A stretch of 60,045 nt of DNA, the filler included, from Sphacelaria rigidula (lineage: Eukaryota): the NCBI GenBank assembly GCA_964200075.2. It is 10 parts of 10 records of this genome, joined end to end, with 100 filler letters (N's around TTAATTAATTAA, not from the genome) between each part and the next. Parts side by side here need not be neighbours in the genome. Positions count along the whole stretch, not along the records: positions 36,090 to 42,003 come from CAXNAA020023524.1; positions 42,104 to 48,017 come from CAXNAA020023525.1; positions 48,118 to 54,031 come from CAXNAA020023526.1; 7 more parts are not named here. One strand, written 5' to 3'. The notes under the pieces are model-generated. The model saw nothing but the letters and a program-made list of their open reading frames with translations, did no database searches and was not told the DNA's origin. This document shows positions 37,001 through 48,861 of the stretch, piece after piece. The position numbers and the translations under genes are program-made. Numbering within the stretch: position 1 is the first letter of the stretch; every line of letters starts with the position of its first letter.

Positions 37001-38461
37001 CAACAGGGGGCTACACTCTTCTGGTCGTTGGGCTTCGGCTTTTTTTGGTGGGGTATAGTTTTACCGAAAATGGCTATGGTTGTGACTGTTAGGCGTAACT
37101 TGTGCTGAGACGGCGGTACGGTCACCACTTCACAAAAAAGGGTCAACAGGGAAGCAAAAAAGGGTAGATATAACTTTTTAGCAGAGGGCAGGGTGTACCC
37201 TCCTGGTTTGCTTACAAGAAGGGTACTCTCACAGGCTCTCATTTTCGGCGCCGTAGGTTCAGCCCAGTAAAACTTGTGAAAATAGAACAAAATGGACGGG
37301 TATGCTGCCCAGACACCTTGGGCGTGGGGCTGAGATGCTGGAACGTGTTTTCGGGGTGTTCAGCCAGCGTGCAGCGCCACGCCCCAAAGCGAGAAAAGCG
37401 TGACCCTTTTTTGTTCCAAAAGCACCAGAGTGTACCCTTTTATGCATATTGCCCAAATATGAACATCATTCCTGTGGAGGAGGAACCGACGATGGCCTCT
37501 AGGGCACTCTTGCGACTCCAGAGGACATAGCGGTGGAGTATCCTCCAACGTGTGGATTCACCACCAGATGACGTACTACATCAAGCCTCTGGAGGACACT
37601 TGTGTTCTCTCCGCACCAACCGCACAAAACGTATCCCCAGCTACCACCGCAACCCTGCAGCAAAGAGCATGAGTTGAGCACGAGGATAGATCCACACTGC
37701 AGTAGTTGGGTATGATGCGTCTATTGTTGGGGGTAAACTTGAGCATCTTGTTTCATGGGAGGGATCACCGACGGGACTGCGTGGCAGGGTGTGCAACCGG
37801 CTTGCATACACGCTCATGGACAGTGCAGGCGGTACAAAGCTGCACGTTGTACAAGTCATTTTCACGTCGTATTGAAAGCAGAGAGTGCAGATGATCCTGC
37901 CCTGTCTGTACTGCACGTTTCCCGCTTCTATCGCACATGCTGCACGTTACGAAACACGCACACACGCACACAAGCTTGCACAGACAGTTGCTAGCAATAA
38001 CGCGCGCCTACCGCAGCTGAAAGTATATAGCACCCCCACATATCCAAAGTTACAGGCATCCAAATTGTATATGCATACGTAACGTATACCGCATACTCTG
38101 CAGTACGGCACCGCATGTTCCTGCACGGCATGGTACGGTCCAGAGCAGCACCATACCGTGCTTGTAGCAATCCATATCCCTATCAAAGTAAAATAAACCG
38201 CGACGGAAATCATTGCCTTTTGTTTGGTCAACTTTTTGCTTAGATGCGTTTTTGGTGACTACGGACAACGGGTTTCTGACAGAAGAGGCATCACATATAG
38301 ACCGTACAGCTGTGACCAACGATCAACGACTGTCAAGGCACGGCCGTATGTACATATATACTGGCAGTCAGTGTATAGGGTTTATACAGCAGAGGCTATC
38401 CCAAAATGTTGACGTTTTGCCCAATTGATATGAGTTGGAGGGCCAAGACCCGAGAGTTGTG

Positions 38462-38742
38462 GAACAGCCCCTCCTGTCCGAATTTCAAAGACTAACAACA
38501 GCTTATATATATGGAACTTGAACAGCAGGGGCTGTTCGGAAGTCCATATTTTTGTCCAATTCCAGGATAGATTGGCGGGCGGAATGAAGACTTCCGAGAA
38601 CCCTCTGCTGTCCAAATCTCATATACCGATGTATGGGATATTTGAACAGCCTCTGCTGTTCGAAGTAAGTCCTTCATGCCCAATTCGTAAAAATTGGAAT
38701 GGGGCAAAAAGGATTTATTTCGAGCAGCAGAGGCTGTTCGAA
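38462..38742. repeat. Five dispersed copies of a quasi-palindromic motif of about 20 bp (GAACAGC-CTCT/AGAG-GCTGTTCGAA)
   Basis: Copies near 38462, 38520, 38598, 38644 and 38719 in mixed orientation, directly upstream of the segment shared with 838-918. Confidence 0.75.
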
Positions 38743-39280
38743 TCCCGGATTTCCATAGCACGAGTTCCTTCAGAAACAATCCAGAGGATTTCGATTTTGA
38801 CACAGACCTTCGAGGGAGACCAACATCGGAAATCCTTTACATCCTTTAAAGGGGAGTTTCAAAACGGACGACAGGGAGGGAGATGTTCGAAAAATCCACT
38901 GAAAGATCTTCGAGGGTAGCCGAATGGCCGCGTGTGTAGCAATCTCTTCAAATCCCTGTACAAACAAGGCAGCTGCCGTGCATGGCATCTTTGTATATAT
39001 TTCCTTGCCGTTGTGGCTGCCGCTCAAGGGTGCACCTGCTTCTCCCTTCAGTTTCGCCTAGCATGGACCCCGGGGTTGCGGACCTTAGTGCAGCATCAAA
39101 CATCGACTTCCCAAGCGGCTACTTGAATAACCGCTGAGAGTCTTGTGGGGGATCATGCTCCAGTGAAAGCACGGGACGAAGAGAGCAAGCACGAGAAGAA
39201 AGAAAAAAAAACAAGAAAACAAGGAAAAGAAAAAAAAATACATGAAAAAAAATGCTGCCGTGCTCGTCGTCATATTTCAC

Positions 39281-39395
39281 CTGATGTGCTAGCCGGAGAG
39301 TGCTTGTTGACCAAAATCGTCCCCGGGAAAGCTTCAGAGCCTACCCTGCAAATACCATCTTCATCCAGCCCCTCGTAGCGCTTCCACCTAGGGTC
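39281..39395 (-). CDS. RPC2: RNA polymerase III second-largest subunit, internal exon (DPRWKRYEGLDEDGICRVGSEAFPGTILVNKHSPASTS)
   Basis: GTGTAG acceptor (phase 0) and CAG|GTGAAA donor. LDEDGICxxG...ILVNKxxP matches the RPC2/POLR3B form (LDxDGICxxG..VLVNKxxP) rather than RPB2 (IIGK). Confidence 0.88.
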
Positions 39396-39628
39396 CTACA
39401 CACGGCACATCATACACAGCAGAGCACAGTGTAGTCCGGCACAGCACGTGAAGAGGGAAGAAACCGCGCAGAAAAATTACAATCTGGACATTCTCTTGTT
39501 GCAAAGCACAAACAGCGACAATTTTAGTTTTGGTGTGTCGGCACCAACAAACATATTGGAGAATGACTCGGTATAACGTATATTCTGATCAAACACAGTG
39601 TATCGCCGCCGCACTCGTGGTTGTAAAA

Positions 39629-40115
39629 GACCGTTCTTGTACGAGGACAAATCTGTACCTGTACAAAATGTGAGGATTTCAGCCCGCCTACCCGCGATTT
39701 TCTCAAGTGGGTTGATTTTTTCGGACCACAGTCCATTAGGCAATGTTTCTCGGCTAGCTGTGGGAAAAACAGATCAATTCTCCGATTCTCTGGACAGTGA
39801 CTTTTGGCATGTCATCTTTGACTTCAAATCGAGACACTCCCGAGTATGTGTGCGTACGCGAGGGACAGGTCTGGGGCGCAGATATGTTATATGTAGATGC
39901 ATATTCGGACATGTCTCGATCCGAGCAGGAAAGTGACACACAAGAAGTCAACGTCCGGAAGATCGGAGAATCGATCTGGTTTTCTCACAGCGAGCCGAGA
40001 AACATTGCCCAACGGACGGGGTTCGGAAAATCAATCCACGGGAGAAATCGCCTGCAAACGGACTGAAATCCCAAGATTTTGCACGAGTACAGATCCGTCC
40101 CCGCGAAAAATGGTC
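39629..40115. mobile_element. Foldback/MITE-like palindrome (arms about 220 bp, loop about 50 bp) in the RPC2 intron
   Basis: 39629-39848 is the imperfect reverse complement of 39899-40115, e.g. GGCAATGTTTCTCGGCT and AGCCGAGAAACATTGCC. Confidence 0.88.
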
Positions 40116-40140
40116 CAACTGTGAAAATAAGAGCAGCCAG

Positions 40141-40412
40141 CATGGGAGATTGCGGATTCAAATCTCGCCAGGTGTGTGATAAGTTTTTTTCTTCGTATGA
40201 CAAAAGACTGATTTTCGCCCTTGAAATGGTGAGGACGTGAGCGGGAAAATTGTTCGACGATAGTTGACGCGGTGCGGTATAGCAGTAGTGCTGAGTTGAT
40301 CCAATCTGTGATACTGGGAAAGATATGCTGTGGGTTGACCCCTTGCTATCACAGGCTCCTAAGGAAAATAAAGGATTGAAAAAAGGATGACGCAAAATGC
40401 ATACACATACAT
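40141..40412 (+). mobile_element. SINE related to family B (divergent 3' part, 5' end clipped)
   Basis: B-box-like GGATTCAAATCTC, shared core GTGAGGACGTGAG..AGTTGACGCGGTGCGG..AGTGCTGA..CCAATC..GGGTTGACCCCTTG, and an (ACAT)-like tail. Confidence 0.7.
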
Positions 40413-40542
40413 AATACGGGGAAATCGCTGCCCCCAGTATTGCCGACGAATTTTTTTTAATGAATTTTCCAAGCTACGCACAAACCTTGTCCACAATCAT
40501 ACTGCTCACGTGTGGCATCACACGACTGAGGGTTATCACAAT

Positions 40543-40626
<84 letters not shown>
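40543..40626. repeat. (AAC)28 microsatellite
   Basis: Perfect 84-nt run. Confidence 0.99.
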
Positions 40627-40628
<2 letters not shown>

Positions 40629-40772
40629 AACTCGATTTTCATATACCAACAACACCTCGAACACTTCGTCCAAATAGCGGGAAGAAAATTGTTAGGAGAA
40701 ATAATAATGATACTAAGAAGAAGAAGAAGAATAGTGATGCGATGCCACATCATATCCGGTGAAGTCACTCAC

Positions 40773-40856
40773 GTCGGCACCCTTAGGAAACTCCGACGCC
40801 CTGAGCTTGCCCACGATCTTGTCTTGCGTCCCGTTCGGGTATTTACGGATGGGAAC
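40773..40856 (-). CDS. RPC2: RNA polymerase III second-largest subunit, internal exon (VPIRKYPNGTQDKIVGKLRASEFPKGAD)
   Basis: Strong pyrimidine tract plus CAAAG acceptor, GTGAGT donor, 84 nt, phase 0/0. (K/R)YxNxTxDKxxG is the RPC2 segment just upstream of LDxDG, and it splices in frame to 39395. Confidence 0.85.
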
Positions 40857-42003
40857 CTTTGAAACAACAGAACGGGTACGGCATAAGAAACAAAAACGTG
40901 GAGATTTTTTTAACCCTTTTGGAACTCACAATGGAAAATTGATCATTTGCAATTGAGCAAGATATGGTTGATGGTTCATAGCTTAGACGCAACAATTTTG
41001 GCCAAACGCGTATTTTTCAGACCCGTACGAGTGACAAGTGGAACAAGAGAAGGTTTCCTATTTTCTTGCTTCGATCCGTCGGGTTTTTTTCTACACTCAT
41101 GAGGTCCTTGCTCGGCCACAGTGCGCGGCAGGCCTCTGTGAAGCATGCTTCCGGCCTAACCTGCACGCCCTGCCCGCTGCAGTTTATACTCTTTGGAGTG
41201 TCAGGGCAACAAGGGCAACGCCGATGGCACATTCGCTAGATGTATGAACTGGTGGTATGCAATCCCAGGCAGTCACCTTTCCGTGCCGCCAGGGGTGCTG
41301 CGACATTGCCCTGTACAGTACTGGGTGTGTTTACAGCAGTTTGAGGTAATCTCGACTGCAGACTCACGTCATGCACTACATGCGCCCATGCACGTTCCGA
41401 CAGCACGATCCCGCCCTTTGAAAAATGGGTAAAGGCGACGCAGACGCCATGTACCCTGCAGTTATACACCGTCTCTGTGGTGTAGAGTCTGCCAAGTGCC
41501 GTCGCCCAAGGGGTAATACCTTACTGCTTCGTATCATGTCTGTCTTGTATTTTGAAAATATCTCTGTAAAACGCGCGGCATGCGCAGAACTGCGCTCTGC
41601 CAAGTACGTGCCGACAACATCATACTTCGGGCTGACTACTACACAACGGCGTAGCGAAAGGCACAGTTGCCCCACCACATCTATACCGCGGGTTTGATCG
41701 TTCCCGACCGTTGCATAGACATACTTAATGCTGCATGAGATTCATGATGCCGGCTACCGCTATCGTCTCGTGCCGTCTACTCTCGTGGCCGACGTTTCAC
41801 GACATGCCCATATTTATCTTGCACGGAGTATAGCCGCCAGTCAATACTGTAACCTACTGTATTCACTGACTGTAGTGTTTTTCATCTGGCCTGATTACGG
41901 TAGGCGGTGTCCGTCGGCTCCCTCCCGTGTACATGTATATCGCCTGTTCGGACGCCTGCGATTACACCCGCCATGTACCGCCCGCACAACCCACTGTGCC
42001 TTC

Positions 42004-42103
42004 NNNNNNNNNNNNNNNNNNNNNNNNNNNNNNNNNNNNNNNNNNNNTTAATTAATTAANNNNNNNNNNNNNNNNNNNNNNNNNNNNNNNNNNNNNNNNN
42101 NNN
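42004..42103. other. Artificial fragment-joining spacer
   Basis: N44-TTAATTAATTAA-N44. Confidence 0.99.
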
Positions 42104-42147
42104 GGAAAGCACTGTTTTAGGCTTGAGCCTCATCTCGAAGTTAAACC

Positions 42148-44988
42148 TCAATTCGCACAATTTGTTGTTACAGGGTTCTCTGAGTCAACCCCGTCCCTCG
42201 TTTCCGGTGGATACAACGTGCTGACCTCCTCCAACGCCAATGCCATCACATCCGCGGATTCCTTCGGGTACTCAGCCTCCAACTCCTTCAGTAACATCCT
42301 GTCCAGTTTGGGTCCTTGCGGTCCTCCTCCTCCGCCGGGTCCAGCTTCGGTATCATCGTCAGGGAATGACACATCAATGTCACTTCCCCGGGGTTGGCTC
42401 CCTTGCAGCCGAGACAGGGCGTCCGGCAACTGGTGTTCGCATCCAGCTCTCCACTTGAGGACCATATCATACTCCATCAATCTTAGCGCCCGCCGGTGGA
42501 ACTTAGGTGACAAGTTCTGACTACGAAACAGCCATGTCAACGCACTGCAATCCGCATCCAGCGTAAACTCTCGCCCCCATAGGTACGATTTGAATCGTTC
42601 CACGAACCAGAAAACAGCGACTACTCCTCTCTCTGATGCTGATCTTTCTTCATCTGCCCGCGACTATCTACGACTAGCGTATTCGATGACCCATTCCCTC
42701 TCATCCGCCTCCTGGGACAGGGCGGGCGCTGCTGCGAACTCGGAAGCGTCTGAGCGTAGCACGAACCGTTCATTCCAATCCGGGTACGCCAAGATTGGAT
42801 ATAACATCAGAGCGCTCTTCAAGTGTAGGAATGCTTGTTGCTGCTGTTCTTCCCACGGGATCTTCATCCTCCGCGCTCGCTTGGAAGCGAACCGCGGGTC
42901 ACGCAGCAAGTCCGTGAGCGGTCCTGCCGTGTTACTGTACCCTTTTATGTACCTCCGCAGATATCCAGCCAAACCTAGGAACGACCTTAGCTCTTCTACC
43001 CTCTGCGGCTCCCTCAACTGAGCGATAGCTTCAATCTTAGACTGGGAAGGTCGTATTCCCGACGCGTCGATCGTCATTTCTACGAAGTCCTGTTGCTGAG
43101 TGCACTATTGTGATTTCTGGAAATTCACAGTGAGGCCAGCCTTCAGCAAGCAATAGAGCATAACTCTCAACCACGTTATGTAGCTGGCGAAAGTCGCACT
43201 AGGCCACAAGATATCATCCAACCAGTTATTGACACCCCGCGCCGGCAACAACGCTTCAGATACTGTTCGGTGAAATGTCGCGGGTAGTACCTTGAGTCCG
43301 AATCCACAACGTTGATATTGCCATAAGTGCCCCCTCGCATCGCGAAAGGCGGTAAGGTGTCGGTCTTCTTTCTCAACTTCCAACTGCAAAAACCCACTCG
43401 CTAAATCCACACTCGTAAAGTACTTGGATCCCGCTAGGTCACTATATATGGTCTGCATATCCCCCAAACCAACACTATACGACTCGAGAAGTTCGTTTAG
43501 TCCACGATAATCCTGACACAACCATAAACTACCGCCCTTCTTCCGCACCGTGACGCAAGCAGCTGCCCATGCGGACGTCGACGGCTCAGTAATCCCCCGC
43601 TCCGCGAGTTTCTGAACCTCGTCTTGTATAGCAGTTTCTTGTTCCGGCGAGTATCGTCGAGAGTCAGCAGCGAATGGCCGGCACCGGGGATCTTTCAGTC
43701 GTAGATGCAATGGCTCCTCACGCACTGCTTTCACCCGCTTGGGGTCCACCGCGAACAGACCTGCTTCGTTGAAGTATCTTAACACGGATACCAGCTGGGT
43801 CTTCTGCACCGGACCCAACTGGCCCATGTTCGCCTCCGTGAGACCTACTCCTGTGGCTCCAGTTGTGTCCTTCTCCACTTTCGTCGGTTCCGGCGGCGGT
43901 TGGGGAGGGGCTGGCGTAGTCCCTCGATCCTCCAGCCTCAACTTCAGCGTAGTTCCCGTGTAGGACACATGAAGATTTGCAACCGCTCGCGATCTCGAAC
44001 ATTCACGGCCACAACCTTCGCCACTACCATACCTTTCTTCACTAGGCGAGTACTCTTGGCCGTGTTGACTACTTTACATACTGACGGCAACTGTGGGTCC
44101 CACCACTGCACTCCCCTGGCTACCCCTATCTCGGCTTCCTCATCTGAATCGAACAACTTTCGAGGTTCAATCAACACGACTTGACGTTCCTGCGGTTGAA
44201 GACCTCGCACAAAGCCTGGGACTAGCTCGCTAACGAAGCCTTTTAACCTTGCGTCCTCTGTCAGCCGCGGAAGCCACTGAAGTGTAGCGTCGTCCTCCCA
44301 CGCCGCTCCAAGGCTCTTCCACACCTCATCCCATGCTGCTAGATCGCTCTCTTCCGACAACACCCCCGTCGAGTCGTCACTGAGCGCTTTTGGCTTGATA
44401 GCACAGAAGAGATTCGACCTTGCCGAATCATCTTGGCCGGTGAGGTGGTCGGTGTCAACAGCTCCGAGTTTTGGTGAACCGTTAGACACGAATCTTACCC
44501 ACGGAGCCTCCGGCGAAGGTCGAAATCCTGATGGACCTTCAAAAGACAGTGTACTCTTGTTCCTTCTAAAGAAACCTGCCCCCAAAATAAATCCGTACGG
44601 CAATCCATCGACTACCCTGATCCATACTTTCCTTATTCTATCCTTCGGGGTGGAACCGAATCGGGATTACCGTTGACCCTAGAATCTTCATCGGTGGCGT
44701 CCGGCTGTCCCTAGGGTTTGCTGCCCTCAGAAATCCTGCTCCCTGTCGCTACAGCTTGCCTGGTATATTACCCCAAGTCACCAACGACTTCCACCACTGC
44801 TTCGATGCATAGCTACCCCCCCCCGCCCCGGTGTCCAATAACACCGTTACTGGTAAACCGTAGCTACATTTACTGTGGTGCCAAACTCTAGCTTGCACCC
44901 ACACTTGCTGTGCATCGCTACCCTTTACTGCTGATAAACTATCCACGTACACGCTGCCCCCCGGGGACTGCGGCCCCAGGGCGCACAT
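42148..44988 (-). pseudogene. pol: Gypsy pol (aspartic protease, reverse transcriptase, RNase H), disrupted
   Basis: PR: VLLDTGAG. RT: PSTSAWAA..VRKKGGSLWLCQDYRGLN, FTSVDLASGFLQL, TAF, GFGLK, WLDD. Connection: LRSFLGLAGYLRRYIKGYS. RNase H: FVLRSDAS..VIEYASR, YLWGREFTLDADCSALTWL..PDALSRL. Confidence 0.93.
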
Positions 44989-45149
44989 TCATTCCCCGCT
45001 TGTGGCATCGAAACGGTTGCTCAGTGCATCAACCGTCTCGACTCCCTCCTCTTCGTCGCCGTTTTCTGGTTTGTTTAGCCCGTGGTTGAACCCCCGACCT
45101 TCGTTCTGGCTGTCAATTAACCCGAACAACTCCCCCAGCTGTAGGCTCA

Positions 45150-46946
45150 TCAGCCTGTCCCTCTTCGTCTTGGGCTTTGCTTGTGTCTGGTCCGGTTACT
45201 TGTAATGACCGAAGGGAATTCGATCTTGATCATGGGAGTAATTGCAGCCGCACTCTGAGTCCTTGCTGGTGCAGTCTCGTCCATATGCATGGTTGAAACA
45301 CACCCCCAGCAAACGTATGGCGACGTCGCGCTCCCCCTTGGGCGCATTGCGGGCAGGGAGGAACCCGGTCGCCGGTGCTTCTCCTCGCGTGTCAAACTTG
45401 ACACGCTTGGTGGGCTTAGCTGATTCTTCCCTCGGGCGCTTCCGTGCTCCACGAGTATATGAGGATGTCCCGAAAGGAATGCCGCCTCGTGGTGTTGATG
45501 CGTTGTGGTTACTGAAGGCAGCAACGGAGTCGAAGTCTTGTTCTTAGGTATCTTCCTCTGCTTCTTGCATGAGTCGCTTCTTACCCTCTACCAACCCCGC
45601 GTATATGGGCTTGTGTGCGGGGCGTGTTGGTGCTTCAGTAGCGCTATTCATCGCCTCCGTAGACGTTCTAGAACACTCACAGTGGCGTTGGATGGCAGAC
45701 ACGAACTCACTATATATGCGGTATGTTTCCCGCATTCGTTTCTTCATGTCGGGGCTGCACGGGTCTCCATGGTGAACGGGTAAGGAGCGGACGTCGTTCT
45801 CTAAGGCCTTGTTGGGAACTTGTAGTAGTGTACTCGATACTATCTGTGCAGTCGCGTCCGGGATTACCAACTTATGAAAAGTGCTACTCATCTGTAAGAC
45901 CAAAACTTCCGACGCTGTCCTCCAGAAGTATTCCTCCTCTGCAAGGTGTGGAGAGGCTGAAGAACCGTGGCCGCTATAGTTAACAATATCAGACGATGGT
46001 TTTTCCTCCAACTTGTCATCTCCGTATACGTCGCGGAAATAGGCAGCATTACACGCATCAAAAGGTCCCTGCGTCTATCTGTGTACTGATCCGCTTGTGG
46101 TTTCAGCAGCTTACTGGTCATGTGTGCATCAGTAGGCACCCTCCAATTCTCCCCTTCATACGCCGCGAGTGTGGTACGAAAATGGTTCGCGAACAAGACC
46201 GCGGAGTTATGATAGGTCAGTTCTGCATTGTGATCTACAGACCGTCCCTTGTGAACGATGGTATCGGTGTCCTTGGAACCGAGAAGCTTGACCAAAGTGT
46301 TTGCTTGACGGGACATCGCTGGCTGGTGTTTCAGTACAGTCGACCAGTTGTAATCAGACGGGTATGGTGCGGGAACACGAGGGTACGTGGCTCCAAACGG
46401 AGTCAGCCCATCCAGCCTGGATTGGGCTGCCGGGGTCACACCAGAGGGATTGAGAGATCCGTAGAACGGACTGCAGTAGAGACTAACCGGGTCTGGCGCG
46501 ACCGTAAACCTCGAGCGGCGCTGCGGGGGCAACGGCGGTGAAGGTGGCAGCTGGGAATGAGTGAAGTTTCCAGCGGTCGGGGCTTGATGAGCCCCCTGAG
46601 GCACAGAGACTGGCATTGCCGGCTGAAGAGGTGGAGGAACAGACGGCGGGACATTCTGAGGCATCGGGCCAAAGTGCCCTTGCCGTTGCTGTTGCTGAAC
46701 CTGCTGATGAGGATGTGCGGCCACCTGTTGCTACGGAAGCGATCCAACAGCCTCTTTCTGAGGGGGTACGGCACCCTGCTGTTGCTGAACAGGTCCAACA
46801 ACCTGTTGCTGAGGGGGTGCGACAGTCTCTTGTTGCTGAACAGGGACGAAAGGTTGCTGCTGCTGGGGGGCTTGCACTGGAGGCTGTTGACTCGACCCGG
46901 ATGGGTAGAAGGATTGGGCTTGCGGGTTCAAGGGGTTTCCGCTCAT
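45150..46946 (-). pseudogene. gag: Gypsy gag, Q/P-rich N-terminus, disrupted
   Basis: ATG at 46946. A TAG at 46731-46733 lies within a Gln-rich tract and the same frame continues. Zinc knuckle CWGCVSTMH..RDC at 45271-45311 is broken by a 1-nt frameshift. Confidence 0.75.
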
Positions 46947-48017
46947 CGTTTTGCCGATTTTCGAGTTGGCTATTCGGTACTTGAAACAACAACCTGCACA
47001 CATATGCCACATGGGTATAGTAACATCAGTCAAACGTACTTCATAATATCACCACAGTACCTCACCGTCTCGTGGGCGCGTTGGGCAGAATGGGGTGGGA
47101 AACGTCCTTAACTCATCAATGGCGAAAAGACACAATGGGATAGAACAGACAGCCTCAATTTTTCCATCATGGTACAAGAGTGGAAAGCAGGAAGGGAAGG
47201 TGAACAAGGGGGAACCGGAAAGCAAGCATGACAGGAAATTTGATCGCGCAGGAGGGGTTCATGTGAGCAGTCGGCTCGGATTTCCCTAAATAGGGAATAA
47301 TCAAGGATGTTCTCCCAGGCCTCGGCCTCCTGTCAACCTGGAAGAGCATGCGGGGGAAAATATGGCTCCCATAAACCTGTTCGAACGAGCACGGTCTTAC
47401 TATCTTGGGCCTCCGTCCTCCTTCATTTCCTGTATGTAGTGATTTCCTGCCTGATTGTGGGTGAGCCTATTGTATAGTATAACGCACGCATACTACGAAA
47501 TCACACGAATTTCCCAATTCATTCACACGTTGTCTGGCTTACATGCTAGCAAAGTGCATAATGCCCTCAATTATTACTCCCGTTGTTCAGCCCAGCCAGC
47601 CACTCTGTCGATTTCTCTTCGATATATATTTCGGCAAAAGAATGCGTGGAGCCCGTAGACCTTCAAGACCAGAAGCCCTGTCCAGAAGAACCCGATGGTG
47701 GTCAAAACATGCCCGATTAGACGATCAACTCTTGTAGTTGGTCACCAGCGCGTGCAGAGTAGACGAACAACGGGAGTCGGGGGGGTAACGTCCGTCGGGT
47801 AGCCCTGTGCAGGTCTCTTGGCTTGCAACACTCTCAGTAATTGCCCAATCGCGGCAGTGTTGAGGTGATCATCGCAGCCATGGGTGGAAAACTTAGAGGA
47901 TCCATGACTGATGGACTGATAATCCACCGCCCCGGGAATCGTTGAATCAATATTGCGGAAGAGAAAAAAATACTATGGTCAGTGTGTTTCAGCGATGGGT
48001 ATCTGCCCTGAGCAGTG

Positions 48018-48117
48018 NNNNNNNNNNNNNNNNNNNNNNNNNNNNNNNNNNNNNNNNNNNNTTAATTAATTAANNNNNNNNNNNNNNNNNNNNNNNNNNN
48101 NNNNNNNNNNNNNNNNN
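48018..48117. other. Artificial fragment-joining spacer
   Basis: N44-TTAATTAATTAA-N44. Confidence 0.99.
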
Positions 48118-48215
48118 TTCTGGCCATTTTTCGTACCTTTCTCAGGCAAAAAACGAGAAGGTATACCTTTTCTAGGCCATTGCCCTTATTTATTTCTGTC
48201 AAAATCTGAATCTTT

Positions 48216-48556
48216 CACATATTGGACAATGTATATGGTCAGTAGATGCAATATAGTATAGGTCGACCAAAGTTGCATTAGGCCTATGCTTTAGCCAGTA
48301 CATTTTTTGTCTATAGCATTTGTTAACCATATATTGTCCAGGGTGTGGAATCACCGACAACAGATGCAATATGCCTTTACTTGAACCAGTACATGTTTCG
48401 TCTAAATATTGCATCTATCGACCATGTATTGTCATTATCCACGGTGTGGATGGAATCACTGACAATAGTTGCAATAGGCCTGTACTTTATATACCCAATA
48501 CATTTCTCGTCTGCTGATATCTTTTGATCATATACATTTTCATTATCCAGGGTGTG
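48216..48556. repeat. CACACCCTGG-family element with three tandem right-arm units of about 100 bp
   Basis: Units end TCCAGGGTGTG (about 48348), TCCACGGTGTG (about 48448) and TCCAGGGTGTG (48556). Each contains TGCA(A/T)TA.GCCT..CA.TACAT..GTCT. Confidence 0.85.
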
Positions 48557-48861
48557 AATAATATTCACGTTCCAGCCCTCGCCGTCTCTTCACTACATTG
48601 TTTGTGTACCTGTTGATCTAAAGGTACAGTGCGCGCCAGCACTCAAGAATCTGACAGTTCGTAATTTGAGGAAAAGATTTTCGACATTTTGAAGAACTTA
48701 CTGGTCTGGATTCGTGCTGGAACTCGATGAGAAATTGAATGTACGTGTAAGTACTTTGTGCTGAAATTGGAGAGATGAAATAAGACGCAAGCCTTAGCCA
48801 AATAGAAGTTCCTTGAGTGCTGACGCGTGTACTGTAGCATACCTTTTGCCTTTTCTTGACA

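Larger units (their letters stand above)
42104..46946 (-). mobile_element. Ty3/gypsy LTR retrotransposon internal region, degenerate; integrase and 3' LTR lie beyond the fragment
   Basis: Domain order gag (CCHC), protease, RT, RNase H on the minus strand, with several stops and frameshifts. LTR boundaries could not be defined. Confidence 0.95.

Noticed and set aside
38244..38345. Further RPC2 exon (contains DAFL and SRHG)
   Set aside because: It is on the opposite strand to the RPC2 exons and lacks the RRPExGDKF motif between them, so the match is coincidental.
38462..38742. CRISPR-like array of palindromic repeats
   Set aside because: The repeats are degenerate, in mixed orientation and irregularly spaced. 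There are no cas genes and the context is eukaryotic.
40387..40768. Poly-Asn, poly-Thr and poly-Cys ORFs (likewise 48971-49382)
   Set aside because: These are translations of AAC/GTT microsatellites.
45996..47111. Plus-strand ORFs over gag (181, 184 and 122 aa)
   Set aside because: They are antisense shadows of the GC-rich, Q/P-rich gag sequence.
47725..47747. Primer-binding site and 5' LTR boundary of the gypsy element (plus-strand ...GTTGGTCACCA)
   Set aside because: I cannot match it to a specific tRNA 3' end, there is no adjacent LTR-terminal CA, and no second LTR is available for comparison.
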